Shown piece after piece: positions 20,955 to 29,812 of a DNA stretch of 62,716 nt. The stretch's first letter is position 1. The number at the start of each line of letters is the position of its first letter. The position numbers were made by a program, and so were the translations under genes. The notes beneath the pieces are model-generated. The model was not told the origin of the DNA, did no database searches, and worked only from the letters and a program-made list of their open reading frames with translations. Origin of the DNA: an uncultured Bordetella sp. (lineage in GTDB: Bacteria; Pseudomonadota; Gammaproteobacteria; Burkholderiales; SG8-39); assembly GCA_964616875.1 (NCBI GenBank), contig CAZTSJ010000263.1, positions 1-62,716 of the forward strand. The letters are read 5' to 3'.

Positions 20955-21296
20955 GTGCCTGGGCTCTCGATCCACGTCGTGGATGTCTCGCGCGGCGTGG
21001 TCGCGGCTGGCATGCGGGTTGAGCTGTTGCGCAACGGCAAATTGGTCGCGGGCGGCGCGGTCTCGCCCAAGGGGTTGCTCGAGGAGAAAGTCCTTGGCGA
21101 GACCTTCGCGCCCGGTGTCTATGAGGCGCGCTTTCACATCGGCGCCTGGTACCGGGATCAAGGCGTCGCGCTGCCTGCGGTTCCTTTTCTGGAAGTGGTG
21201 GCTTACCGCTTCGGAATCTCGGACCCTTCCCAGCACTATCACCTGCCGTTCAAGTGCACGCCCTGGGGCTACTCCTGTTTCCGCGGCGGCGCATGA
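20955..21296 (+). CDS. transthyretin-like protein, diverged HIU-hydrolase paralog
   Basis: 113-aa ORF that aligns along its whole length with uraH (IHVVD..., HYHLPFKCTPWGY). It has SPKGL in place of NADGR and ends FRGGA instead of YRGS. GTG start. Confidence 0.75.
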   Translation: MPGLSIHVVDVSRGVVAAGMRVELLRNGKLVAGGAVSPKGLLEEKVLGETFAPGVYEARFHIGAWYRDQGVALPAVPFLEVVAYRFGISDPSQHYHLPFKCTPWGYSCFRGGA

Positions 21297-21979
21297 GCGC
21301 GGCCGCGCCGCGCCTGGTCGCTTTGTCCATCGCATTCCTCGCCTTCGCCGGGCACGCCCAGGTGCCGCCCTCGTCGGGCGAGCGGGCGGGCTACGGCGGC
21401 CTGTTCGCCGCCGCGGCAAAGGGAGATGCGGCCGCGGCGCGGGCGCTGATCGCCGGGCGGGCGAAACCCGATGAGCGCGATGCCTACGGCCGCACGCCGC
21501 TCCACGTGGCGGCCTACGGCGGGCATCGGGACGCAATGCGCGTGCTCGTTCAAGCAGGTGCGAATCCGAACGCGCTGGAGCGCGACCGCTACGACATCGT
21601 CACGATCGCGGCTGTCGCCAACGATGTGCCGACGCTCAAGCTGGCACTCGAATTGGGCGCGAGCGCGAGGAACGTCACCAGCCGCTACGACGGCACCGCG
21701 CTGATCGCCGCAGCGCACCTGGGCCACGTCGAAGTCGTGCGTACTTTGATCCGGGCCGGCGCGCCACTCGACCACGTCAACAACCTCGGCTGGACGGCGC
21801 TGATCGAGTCGATCGTTCTGGGGGACGGCGGTCCACGCCATGCGGCTACGCTGCAGGCGCTGGTCGAGGCGGGCGCCAGCGTAAATCTGGCCGATCGCGA
21901 CGGACAAACGCCGCTCGCGCTCGCGCAGCGGCGCGGGTATTCGACAATGGCGAGGCTACTGGAGCGAGCCAATCGATGA
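21293..21979 (+). CDS. secreted ankyrin-repeat protein
   Basis: ORF trimmed to [23 protein letters not shown] (signal peptide). Repeated [13 protein letters not shown] / [12 protein letters not shown] / GWTALIESI / GQTPLALAQ ankyrin units. ATGA overlaps at both ends. Confidence 0.8.
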   Translation: MSAAAPRLVALSIAFLAFAGHAQVPPSSGERAGYGGLFAAAAKGDAAAARALIAGRAKPDERDAYGRTPLHVAAYGGHRDAMRVLVQAGANPNALERDRYDIVTIAAVANDVPTLKLALELGASARNVTSRYDGTALIAAAHLGHVEVVRTLIRAGAPLDHVNNLGWTALIESIVLGDGGPRHAATLQALVEAGASVNLADRDGQTPLALAQRRGYSTMARLLERANR

Positions 21980-23016
21980 AGATCTACGTCGTAGGCGGCG
22001 CGGTACGCGACGAACTGCTTGGCCTTGCGGTGCATGATCGGGATTTCGTCGTGGTCGGCGCGACTCCGGAGGAGATGGTGGCGGCGGGCTTCAAGCCCGT
22101 AGGCAGGGATTTTCCGGTGTTCCTGCATCCCAAGACGCACGAGGAGCATGCCCTTGCGCGCACCGAGAGAAAAAGCGGGCGCGGCTACAAGGGCTTCACC
22201 GTCTACAGCGCGCCCGACGTCACCCTCGAAGCCGACCTCGCGCGGCGCGATCTCACCATCAATGCGATCGCCAGGGCGCCCGATGGCACGCTGATCGACC
22301 CGTTCCAAGGCGAAAGGGACCTGCGCGCTGGCGTGCTGCGCCATGTAAGCGAGGCCTTCGCCGAGGATCCGGTGCGCATCATGCGCGTGGCGCGCTTCGC
22401 CGCGCGCTTCGGCTTTCGCATCGCCGACGAGACGATGGCGCTCATGAAGATGATGGTCGAGAGCGGCGAGGCGGACCACCTGGTCGCCGAGCGCGTCTGG
22501 CAGGAGTTCGCCAAAGGCCTCACCGAACCCCATCCCGAGCGCATGTTCGAAGCGCTTGAGCAGTGCGGCTTGCGGCAGACGCTGCTGCCCGAGCTGAAGT
22601 CGATCCCGAAAACCTTCTCCGGCCCGCTGCCGGTGCGCTTCGCGCTGTTGTGCTGGCCGCTCACCGAAGCCGACATCAAGTCGCTGTGCGAGCGGCTCAA
22701 GGTTCCCAACGACGAGCGCGATCTGGCCCTGCTCGCCTGCCGCACGCAAAGCCTGCTGCAGGCAACGCGAGCCGGCGACCTGCTGAATCTCTTCAAGCGC
22801 GCCGATGCCTTCCGGCGCCCCGAACGCTTCGCCTTCGTCCTGCAGGCCGCGAGGCTCGCGCAGCCTGGATTGACGACCGAGAAAATTGAAAAAGCGCTCG
22901 CCGCGGCCGCAGCCGTGGATGCGGGCGAGATCGCGCGCCGTGCCGGCGCGCCAGCGGAGATTCCAGCGCTGCTCGACCGTGAACGCGAACAAGCCATTGA
23001 AAAAGGAAAACCATGA
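21976..23016 (+). CDS. cca: CCA tRNA nucleotidyltransferase, short form without a recognisable HD domain
   Basis: 346-aa [26 protein letters not shown] and [15 protein letters not shown] match class II CCA-adding enzymes. No H..HD..D metal motif in the C-terminal half. Confidence 0.85.
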   Translation: MKIYVVGGAVRDELLGLAVHDRDFVVVGATPEEMVAAGFKPVGRDFPVFLHPKTHEEHALARTERKSGRGYKGFTVYSAPDVTLEADLARRDLTINAIARAPDGTLIDPFQGERDLRAGVLRHVSEAFAEDPVRIMRVARFAARFGFRIADETMALMKMMVESGEADHLVAERVWQEFAKGLTEPHPERMFEALEQCGLRQTLLPELKSIPKTFSGPLPVRFALLCWPLTEADIKSLCERLKVPNDERDLALLACRTQSLLQATRAGDLLNLFKRADAFRRPERFAFVLQAARLAQPGLTTEKIEKALAAAAAVDAGEIARRAGAPAEIPALLDREREQAIEKGKP

Positions 23017-23633
23017 TCGACTTGTATACGTGGAGCACGCCGAACGGGCGCAAGGTATCCGTCATGCTGGAAGAGTGCGGCCTGCCCTACCGTGTGCACA
23101 CGGTGAACATCGGCACGGGCGAGCAGTTCAAGCCGGAGTTCCTCGCCATCAACCCGAACAACCGCATTCCCGCGATCGTCGATCCGCAGGGGCCGGAGGG
23201 CAAGCCGCTGCCGCTGTTCGAGTCGGGCGCGATCCTGATCTACCTCGCGGAGAAGGCGGGAAAGTTCTACCCGCAAAAGAACAAATACATTGTTCTGCAG
23301 TGGCTCATGTTCCAGATGGGCGGGGTGGGGCCGATGTTCGGCCAGGCGCACCATTTCATGCGCGCGAAGAAGGACGAAATTCCCTACGGCAGCGAGCGCT
23401 ACGGCACGGAGTCGAAGCGCCTCTACGGCGTGCTGGAAAAACGCCTGCAGCAAGCCGCCTACCTCGCGGACGAATACTCCATCGCGGACATTGCAACTTA
23501 TCCCTGGGTGGCGCGCCACGAATGGCATCGCGTCGACCTCGCCGCGTTTCCAGCGGTGAAGCGCTGGTACGACATCATCGGCGCGCGGCCGGCGGTGGTG
23601 CGCGGGATGGCAGTGCCGGCCGTGGCGCCCTAA
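23013..23633 (+). CDS. glutathione S-transferase family protein (YfcG/Nu-class-like)
   Basis: 206-aa [24 protein letters not shown]...[12 protein letters not shown]...[12 protein letters not shown] is typical of YfcG-like GSTs. Confidence 0.85.
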   Translation: MIDLYTWSTPNGRKVSVMLEECGLPYRVHTVNIGTGEQFKPEFLAINPNNRIPAIVDPQGPEGKPLPLFESGAILIYLAEKAGKFYPQKNKYIVLQWLMFQMGGVGPMFGQAHHFMRAKKDEIPYGSERYGTESKRLYGVLEKRLQQAAYLADEYSIADIATYPWVARHEWHRVDLAAFPAVKRWYDIIGARPAVVRGMAVPAVAP

Positions 23634-24439
23634 ACGCCGTCGCGCCGGAAGCTTTCCTGCAGCAGGTCGTCGAAAATCGCCACTGCCCGCGTCCAGCCGG
23701 CGGAGGCGCCGCGAATTTTGTGCGGAAAGCAGGAAACGACGAAGCCGTCGGAGGGAATCGCTTCCAGGTTGTGCAGTTTCTCCAGGTGGCAGTAGCCGAT
23801 GTCGCGCCCCGCCTTGTGCCCTTCCCAGATCAGGCTCGCGTCCTTCGTCTCCTTGTATTTTTCGGCAGTGTAGACAAAGGGCGCATCCCAGCTCCACGCG
23901 TCGGTGCCGGTGAGCCGCACGCCGCGCTCGAGCAGGTACATGGTCGCTGCGTAGCCCATGCCGCAGCCGGCGCTGACGTAGTCGTCGCTCCCGTAGCGCG
24001 AGCCGGCACGCGTGTTCACCATCACGATTTCGAGCGGTTTCAATGTGTGTTTGATTTTTCTTAACTCTGCTTCCACGTCGTCTGCCGTAACGACATAGCC
24101 ATCCGGAAAGTTCCGAAAATCAAGCTTGACGCCGGGCTGGAAGCACCAATCCAGGCTGACTTCGTCGATCGCGATCGCCCGCTCGCCCTTGTTCATCGTC
24201 GGGTGGAAGTGATAGGGCGCATCCAGGTGCGTGCCGTTGTGGGTGATGAGCTCGACCTTTTCCACCGCCCAGGCGGCGCCGTCGGGCAGGTCCTCCTGCT
24301 TCAGCCCCGGAAAGAACGGCGCCATCTGCGGAAAGGTCGCCTGGTGGTCCATGTAGGTGATCTTCGGGCCGAAAGGCGGCGGATCCGAGATCACGTCATT
24401 CTCGAGATAGATGGAAAGGTCGACGATTTTGCGCGGCAT
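23630..24439 (-). CDS. cyclase-family protein (kynurenine formamidase-like metal hydrolase)
   Basis: 269-aa ORF with the HNGTHLDAPYHF metal-binding motif of the putative-cyclase family. Confidence 0.8.
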   Translation of the reverse strand: MPRKIVDLSIYLENDVISDPPPFGPKITYMDHQATFPQMAPFFPGLKQEDLPDGAAWAVEKVELITHNGTHLDAPYHFHPTMNKGERAIAIDEVSLDWCFQPGVKLDFRNFPDGYVVTADDVEAELRKIKHTLKPLEIVMVNTRAGSRYGSDDYVSAGCGMGYAATMYLLERGVRLTGTDAWSWDAPFVYTAEKYKETKDASLIWEGHKAGRDIGYCHLEKLHNLEAIPSDGFVVSCFPHKIRGASAGWTRAVAIFDDLLQESFRRDGV

Positions 24440-24445
24440 CGGCGG

Positions 24446-25102
24446 TTATCTCCTCGCGTGACGATTCAGGAATGCATTGATATCTTCGACTTTCAACTGC
24501 AGCTCGCCCGGGACCGGTTTCGAGCCGACCACGCGGTTCATCCACTCCATGTTCTTCTGCATTCGCGCCACCACCGCGGGCCATTCCGCCGCGCGATGGC
24601 GGCGCGGGTCGGGCAGCACGTGGCACTGGCTGCAGGCGACGCGGAACGCCTCGCCCGCGGGCGAGTTCACCTCCGGAACTCGCTTCGGGTCGAGCGGCCG
24701 CTGCGCATGCTTGCGGTGATACGCGACGATCGCCTGCTCCTCGGCGAGCGAAGGCGCTTGCACTCCCGCCATCATTTCCGCCATCAGCTTGCCCATGTTG
24801 CCCTTGCCTTCCATGCGCGGCACCATCCGGTGCACGACCGACGGCCACCGCTCCGCGTCATGCATCGCCGGGCTGGCGAGATTGTGGCACTGCACGCAGT
24901 AGCGCAGCGTGAGCCGCGCGCCGCGCGATTTCGGCTCGGGCAGCATCGACGCCGTGAAGCCGGGCGGGATGATGCGTTCCAGCATTGGCCCGTGGGGACT
25001 GTGCTGCCATGGCTTGTCTGCTGCGTTTGCCGCTATGAAAAAAAGGACGCACAGGAGAAAAAAGCTAAAGCGTGCCACTGCGGTCACCCTGGCTGAATCC
25101 AA
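24446..25102 (-). CDS. secreted dihaem c-type cytochrome with internal tandem repeat
   Basis: 218-aa ORF with signal peptide (..FFIAANA-AD). Two CxxCH motifs (CVQCH, CSQCH), each followed by (E/R)WPxVVxRM. The start overlaps the 3' end of the upstream gene by about 38 nt. Confidence 0.72.
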   Translation of the reverse strand: MDSARVTAVARFSFFLLCVLFFIAANAADKPWQHSPHGPMLERIIPPGFTASMLPEPKSRGARLTLRYCVQCHNLASPAMHDAERWPSVVHRMVPRMEGKGNMGKLMAEMMAGVQAPSLAEEQAIVAYHRKHAQRPLDPKRVPEVNSPAGEAFRVACSQCHVLPDPRRHRAAEWPAVVARMQKNMEWMNRVVGSKPVPGELQLKVEDINAFLNRHARR

Positions 25103-26201
25103 TCAAGGAATCCTTCACGCCCCTTGCCACCGCCAGCACCTTGAACAACTCGCCCATTTCGGCGGGCGAGAGCAGTTTCTGCACGGCCGCCGCGGCAGGC
25201 AGATAGCGCTGCGGGTCGGCGGGGTTCTCCGCGGCCAGCAGTTCCGTGATGCCGCAATTGACGAGGAACTGCGCCTGGTTGGCATAGCCCAGCACCTCCA
25301 GCCCGGCAGCGGTGGCGGCGCCTGCGAGGGCGCTGAAATCCACGTGCGCCGTGATGTCCTGCAGGCCCGGCAGATAGAACGGATCGTGGTGGACGTGGTG
25401 GCGGTAGTGGCAGGCGAGCGTGCCCATGGAGCGCTGCGGATGGAAGTATTCGCGCGCGGGAAAGCCGTAGTCGATCACGAGGAGCGCGCCGCGCTCCAGC
25501 GCGCCGGCCAGCGATCGCATCCAGGCGCGCGCTACGAGCGCGAGCTCGCTCTCGTAGCGACCCGAAGGCGGCAGCTCTATTTGAATTTTCATTGATTCAG
25601 AAAAAACCAAACCTTCCGCTGCGCGATCACACCAAGCGAGCTGGCCCTCGTTCACGCACACCCCGCGCTCGAGCACGCGTTCGCGCGTCCACGCGAGCGC
25701 GTGCACCGGCATCGCATCGACGACTTCGTTGGCGAGCATCACGCCGCGGAAACGCTCGGGCAGCCGGTCGAGCCATTGCACGCTGTCACCGAGCAATTGC
25801 CTTTGTCTTTGTCCCAGGTCCGAACTTGTTTCCAGAACAAAGTAAGGCACCGAAGTTTGATTCAAAATCGACGCCGCAAGGGCTCCGGAGCCGGCGCCAA
25901 ATTCAAGGATCGCGTCGCCGGGCTGCAGCAGTTGCGCAACCTGGCGCGCGAGCGTGCGCCCGAAGAGCGGCGTGAGGTCCGGCGCGGTGATGAAATCGCC
26001 GCCCGCGCCCAGCTTGCGCGCGCCGGAGGCGTAGTAGCCAAGCCCCGGCTCGTAGAGCACCAGCTCCATGTAGCGCGCGAACGAAATCCAGTTGCCGGCG
26101 ATGCCCAGTTCGGCCGCGACGCGCTCGAGGAGCTCGCGGCTCGCGGCGAGCCCCTGCGGGTCAGGTGATGGAAGCGCGGAAGGACCGCAGTTCTCATGCA
26201 T
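25065..26201 (-). CDS. class I SAM-dependent methyltransferase, NDUFAF7/MidA (DUF185) family
   Basis: 378-aa ORF. YYASGARKLGAGGDFITAPDLTPLFG and ILEFGAGSGALA are typical of the MidA family. Confidence 0.8.
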   Translation of the reverse strand: MHENCGPSALPSPDPQGLAASRELLERVAAELGIAGNWISFARYMELVLYEPGLGYYASGARKLGAGGDFITAPDLTPLFGRTLARQVAQLLQPGDAILEFGAGSGALAASILNQTSVPYFVLETSSDLGQRQRQLLGDSVQWLDRLPERFRGVMLANEVVDAMPVHALAWTRERVLERGVCVNEGQLAWCDRAAEGLVFSESMKIQIELPPSGRYESELALVARAWMRSLAGALERGALLVIDYGFPAREYFHPQRSMGTLACHYRHHVHHDPFYLPGLQDITAHVDFSALAGAATAAGLEVLGYANQAQFLVNCGITELLAAENPADPQRYLPAAAAVQKLLSPAEMGELFKVLAVARGVKDSLIGFSQGDRSGTL

Positions 26202-26234
26202 GCCTCTGAATTTACCCTAGAATTCCGCCCAGAC

Positions 26235-26981
26235 ATGGACGACGGGCTGCAGGGAAAAGTCGTATTGGTGACGGGCGCGGCGCGGCGCATCGGCGCGGCG
26301 ATTGCGCGCCGACTGCATGCCTCCGGCGCGAACCTGCTGCTGCACTACCGCGGCGCCGAAGCGGAGGCAGCGAGCCTCGAGACGGAATTCAACGCCGCGC
26401 GCCCGAAGAGCGCTTCGAAGGTGAAGGCGGATCTGCTCGCGCCGATCGCGCCCCGCTCGCTGGTGAGCGCTGCGTTGGAGCGTTTCGGCAGGCTGGATGT
26501 GCTGGTGAACAACGCCTCCACGTTCTATCCGACGGCCGTGGGATCGATCGAGGGCGGCCATTGGGAAGAACTGATCGGATCCAACCTGCGCGCGCCGCTG
26601 TTCCTCGCGCAGGAAGCGGCGCCGCATCTGAAGAAGAACGGTGGCGCGATCGTGAACCTGGCCGACATCCATGGCGACCGGCCGCTCAAGGGCTACCTCG
26701 TCTATAGCATCGCGAAGGCGGGCCTGGTCGCGCTCACGCGCGGGCTTGCGCTCGAGCTCGCGCCCGAAATACGCGTCAACGGCGTCTCGCCGGGCGCCAT
26801 CGCCTGGCCCGAGGACGGGCAATTCGAACCGGCCGAGCGCGATCGCATCGTCGCCACCACGCCGCTCGCGCGCCTCGGCTCGCCCGAAGAGATCGCGCGG
26901 GCGGTACACTTCCTCGCTACAGCCCCCTTCATCACCGGCCAGGTCCTGGCGGTGGACGGCGGCAGATCGCTGTATTTATGA
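26235..26981 (+). CDS. short-chain dehydrogenase, pteridine reductase-like
   Basis: ORF trimmed to [31 protein letters not shown] YxxxK region (YSIAKAG). Confidence 0.78.
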   Translation: MDDGLQGKVVLVTGAARRIGAAIARRLHASGANLLLHYRGAEAEAASLETEFNAARPKSASKVKADLLAPIAPRSLVSAALERFGRLDVLVNNASTFYPTAVGSIEGGHWEELIGSNLRAPLFLAQEAAPHLKKNGGAIVNLADIHGDRPLKGYLVYSIAKAGLVALTRGLALELAPEIRVNGVSPGAIAWPEDGQFEPAERDRIVATTPLARLGSPEEIARAVHFLATAPFITGQVLAVDGGRSLYL

Positions 26982-26991
26982 CGGCATACCT

Positions 26992-27858
26992 GTGAAAAAC
27001 GACAGCCGCAAAGACGATTACGAGTTCAACAAGCTCGCCAAGCGCATCCGGCGCCAGGTGGGCGAGGCGATCGTCGATTTCGGCATGATCGAGGAGGGCG
27101 ACCGCGTTATGGTCTGCCTCTCGGGCGGCAAGGACAGCTATGGCATGCTGGATGTTTTAGGTTCTTTAAGGATCAAATCTCCAGTCAAGTTCGAATTGAT
27201 TGCCGTCAATCTCGACCAGAAACAACCCGGCTTCCCGGCGCGCGTGCTGCCCGACTACCTCGCCGCGCTCGGCGTGCCGTTCCGCATCGTCGAGCAGGAC
27301 ACCTATTCGATCGTCAAGCGCGTGATCCCCGAGGGCAAGACGATGTGCTCGCTGTGCTCGCGGTTGCGCCGCGGCGTGCTGTATCGCGTCGCGGGCGAGC
27401 TCGGTGCCACCAAGATCGCGCTCGGCCACCACCGCGATGACGTGCTGGCGACGTTTTTCCTGAATCTATTTCACGCCGGGACGCTGAAGGCGATGCCGGC
27501 CAAGCTTCTCTCGGACGACGGCAAGCACGTCGTGATCCGGCCACTCGCCTACGTCGCCGAGGCGGATCTCGCGGCCTACGCGGAAGCGAAAGCCTTCCCC
27601 ATCATTCCCTGCACGCTATGCGGCTCGCAGGAGAACCTGCAGCGCAAGGTGGTCGGCCGCATGCTGAAGGAGTGGGAGAAGGCCGCGCCGGGCCGCGTCC
27701 AGTCCATCCTGCGCGCGATGACCGATGTGCGGCCATCGCAATTGCTGGACCGCAAGCTGTTTGACTTTGCCGGCCTGAAACCCGGGCCCGGCAAGGACAA
27801 GAGATCTGTAAGCGTTTTGCATTTCAGGGAACTCGGCGAGCCGTTGTTTGCCGAATAG
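26992..27858 (+). CDS. ttcA: tRNA 2-thiocytidine(32) synthetase TtcA
   Basis: C-terminal part of ORF 26671..27858. PP-loop CLSGGKDS and the [10 protein letters not shown] and [10 protein letters not shown] cysteine motifs. GTG start at 26992 inferred. Confidence 0.9.
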   Translation: MKNDSRKDDYEFNKLAKRIRRQVGEAIVDFGMIEEGDRVMVCLSGGKDSYGMLDVLGSLRIKSPVKFELIAVNLDQKQPGFPARVLPDYLAALGVPFRIVEQDTYSIVKRVIPEGKTMCSLCSRLRRGVLYRVAGELGATKIALGHHRDDVLATFFLNLFHAGTLKAMPAKLLSDDGKHVVIRPLAYVAEADLAAYAEAKAFPIIPCTLCGSQENLQRKVVGRMLKEWEKAAPGRVQSILRAMTDVRPSQLLDRKLFDFAGLKPGPGKDKRSVSVLHFRELGEPLFAE

Positions 27859-27861
27859 AGC

Positions 27862-28611
27862 ATGCTTTCCCGCCTATTGGTTTTGTCCTTTTTGTTCGCA
27901 GCTGAAAACGTGAGCGCCCAGGACTGGCGTACCGCGAGCCAGGAACCTGCGGGCCTGGCGCCCAGCGCCGCCACCACGCCCGAGGCCGTGGTTCAGGTCT
28001 ACGGCGCGCGCGCCTGGGGCTGGCGCGGCAACTTCGGCGTGCATACCTGGGTTGCGGTGAAGCCGCAGAACGCCAGCGCCTACACGGTGTACGAGGTCAT
28101 CGGCTGGCGCTTGCGCTATGCGGATAACGTGGTCGCGATCCACCAGCGCACGGCGGATGCGCGCTGGTACGGCAACGCGCCGGAACTGTACTCGGACAAG
28201 CGTGGCCCGGAAGCCGAGAAGCTGATACCGCGCATCGATGCCGCGGCGCGCTCTTACCCCCACGCGAAGGAATACTCCGCCTGGCCGGGACCGAATTCGA
28301 ACACGTTCGTCGCCTGGATCACGCGCGCGGTGCCCGAACTCGGCGCCGACCTGCCGCCGACCGCCATCGGCAAGGACTACCTGAGCGACAGCCTGGTCGG
28401 TTCCGCGCCGAGCGGCAGCGGCGTGCAGTTTTCTATCGCCGGCCTGTTTGCGCTCACCGCGAGCGGCGTCGAGGGCCTGGAAGTCAACCTGCTCGGGCTG
28501 ACCTTCGGCATCAACCCGTTCGATCCGTCCCTCAAGCTGCCGCTGCTGGGGCGGCTGGGGCCGGCGCGCTCCGCGCTTCACGAATCGGCAGATTCACTGC
28601 TGCGGCCATGA
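27862..28611 (+). CDS. DUF3750-like secreted protein
   Basis: 249-aa ORF with signal peptide. VHTWVAVKP...YEVIGW...WPGPNSNTF resembles the DUF3750 family (recalled from memory). Confidence 0.62.
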   Translation: MLSRLLVLSFLFAAENVSAQDWRTASQEPAGLAPSAATTPEAVVQVYGARAWGWRGNFGVHTWVAVKPQNASAYTVYEVIGWRLRYADNVVAIHQRTADARWYGNAPELYSDKRGPEAEKLIPRIDAAARSYPHAKEYSAWPGPNSNTFVAWITRAVPELGADLPPTAIGKDYLSDSLVGSAPSGSGVQFSIAGLFALTASGVEGLEVNLLGLTFGINPFDPSLKLPLLGRLGPARSALHESADSLLRP

Positions 28612-29758
28612 GGCACAGGGCGATGTCGATCCCCCACATCCAGTCGAAACTGCCGGTCGATTCGAAAGCCTGGCCGCCGAGCCAAGCGCCGAAGAAACCG
28701 CCCACCTGGTGCGACATCATGACAATGCCGAACAGTGTCGCCATGTAGCGCATGCCGTAGAACTTGACCACCAGCCCGATCGTCGGCGGCACCGTGGAAA
28801 GGTAGGTGAAGCCGATGCCGCAGGCGAACAGCAGGAACGTCAGCGTCGTTTTCGGCGAGAAGAAGAACGCGAGAATGATCAGCGCGCGCGCGAAATAAAT
28901 TCCGGCAAGCGTCAGTTTCATGCGGCGGCCGTTGATGAACTTGCCGACCCACAGGCTGCCGAAGATATTGAAAAGCCCGATCAGCGCGAGCGACCACGCG
29001 CCGACCGCCGGCGGAAGTTCGCAGCTCGCGACCACCCCGGGCAGGTGGGTGGCGATAAACGCAACATGGAAGCCGCAGGTGAAGAACCCGGCGGTGAGCA
29101 GCAGGTAGCTCGGGTCCTTCACCGCGACGGCGATTGCCTGCTTGAGCGATCCGGCTGCCGCTGCCGGCTGCGTCGCCGCATGCTCGGCGTGGCCTTGCGT
29201 GATCCAGATGATGAGCGGCACCGCGAGCAGGCCGATGGCGCCGATGATCACCAGCGCCGGCTGCCAGCCGGCGATGCCGATGAACAGTTGTGCCAGCGGA
29301 ATGATGGTGAACTGCCCGAAGGAGCCGCCGGCATTGATGATTCCGTTCGCCGAATTACGCTTTGACTCCGGGATCCAGCGACTCGCGGCCGACATCAGCA
29401 TTCCCGGCCCGATGGCGCCGGCGCCGCAGGCGACGAGGATGCCCACCACAATCACCAGTTCGGTGGTGGTGGTCGCGAGCGGCGTGATGGCCGTCGCCGC
29501 GGCGAGGAGCACGGCGCCACCGAGCATCACCCAGCGGGGGCCCCAGCGGTCCGCCATTGCCCCGGCGGCGGTCATGGATACGGCCCACATCATCTGGCCC
29601 ACGGCGAAGGCGAGACTGATCGCCGCGTAGCCGATACCGGTGGCGGAATTGATCGGCCCGATGAACAGCGCCTGCGACTGGCGCACGCCCAGGCCCAGCG
29701 CGAAGACCGCGCCGGCGGCCAGGGCGACGGCCCTGTAGCTACGGGTCTGATCGGTCAT
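28532..29758 (-). CDS. MFS transporter
   Basis: 408-aa ORF with about 12 hydrophobic segments and an ADRWGPRW loop between TM2 and TM3, typical of MFS. Confidence 0.82.
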   Translation of the reverse strand: MTDQTRSYRAVALAAGAVFALGLGVRQSQALFIGPINSATGIGYAAISLAFAVGQMMWAVSMTAAGAMADRWGPRWVMLGGAVLLAAATAITPLATTTTELVIVVGILVACGAGAIGPGMLMSAASRWIPESKRNSANGIINAGGSFGQFTIIPLAQLFIGIAGWQPALVIIGAIGLLAVPLIIWITQGHAEHAATQPAAAAGSLKQAIAVAVKDPSYLLLTAGFFTCGFHVAFIATHLPGVVASCELPPAVGAWSLALIGLFNIFGSLWVGKFINGRRMKLTLAGIYFARALIILAFFFSPKTTLTFLLFACGIGFTYLSTVPPTIGLVVKFYGMRYMATLFGIVMMSHQVGGFFGAWLGGQAFESTGSFDWMWGIDIALCLMAAAVNLPIREARSAPAPAAPAAAA

Positions 29759-29783
29759 GGGGCATTTTATCGTAGGTCTGGGC

Positions 29784-29812
29784 TTGTCAAACTAAGTTTG
29801 ACAGTCTAGAAT
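29784..29812 (+). promoter_or_regulatory. sigma70-type promoter TTGTCA-17 nt-TAGAAT; the last -10 base lies 6 nt before the ATG at 29819
   Basis: TTGTCA at 29784-29789, 17-nt spacer, TAGAAT at 29807-29812. No Shine-Dalgarno sequence in TCCGCC before the ATG. Confidence 0.6.
29785..29803. promoter_or_regulatory. perfect 9-1-9 palindrome TGTCAAACT-A-AGTTTGACA (candidate operator)
   Basis: Read directly. The arms are exact reverse complements. It overlaps the -35 hexamers of both divergent promoters. Confidence 0.65.

Noticed and set aside
21293-21979. Ankyrin-repeat gene as a horizontally acquired eukaryote-like effector
   Set aside because: Its codon usage and GC content look the same as its neighbours', and it is locked into the operon by ATGA overlaps on both sides. 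I see no mobility signatures.
21685-23897. Two long minus-strand ORFs (435 aa and 564 aa) opposite the ankyrin, cca and GST genes
   Set aside because: The opposing plus-strand genes have clear family motifs and coupled start/stop junctions. The antisense translations are Arg/Ala/Pro-rich with no recognisable domains.
26216-26228. 13-nt identity CTAGAATTCCGCC shared with 29806-29818, possibly a repeat element
   Set aside because: A single 13-mer match in about 63 kb on two strands is not statistically compelling. It is better explained as a similar -10/discriminator sequence of two promoters. I mention it only under the leaderless-promoter finding.
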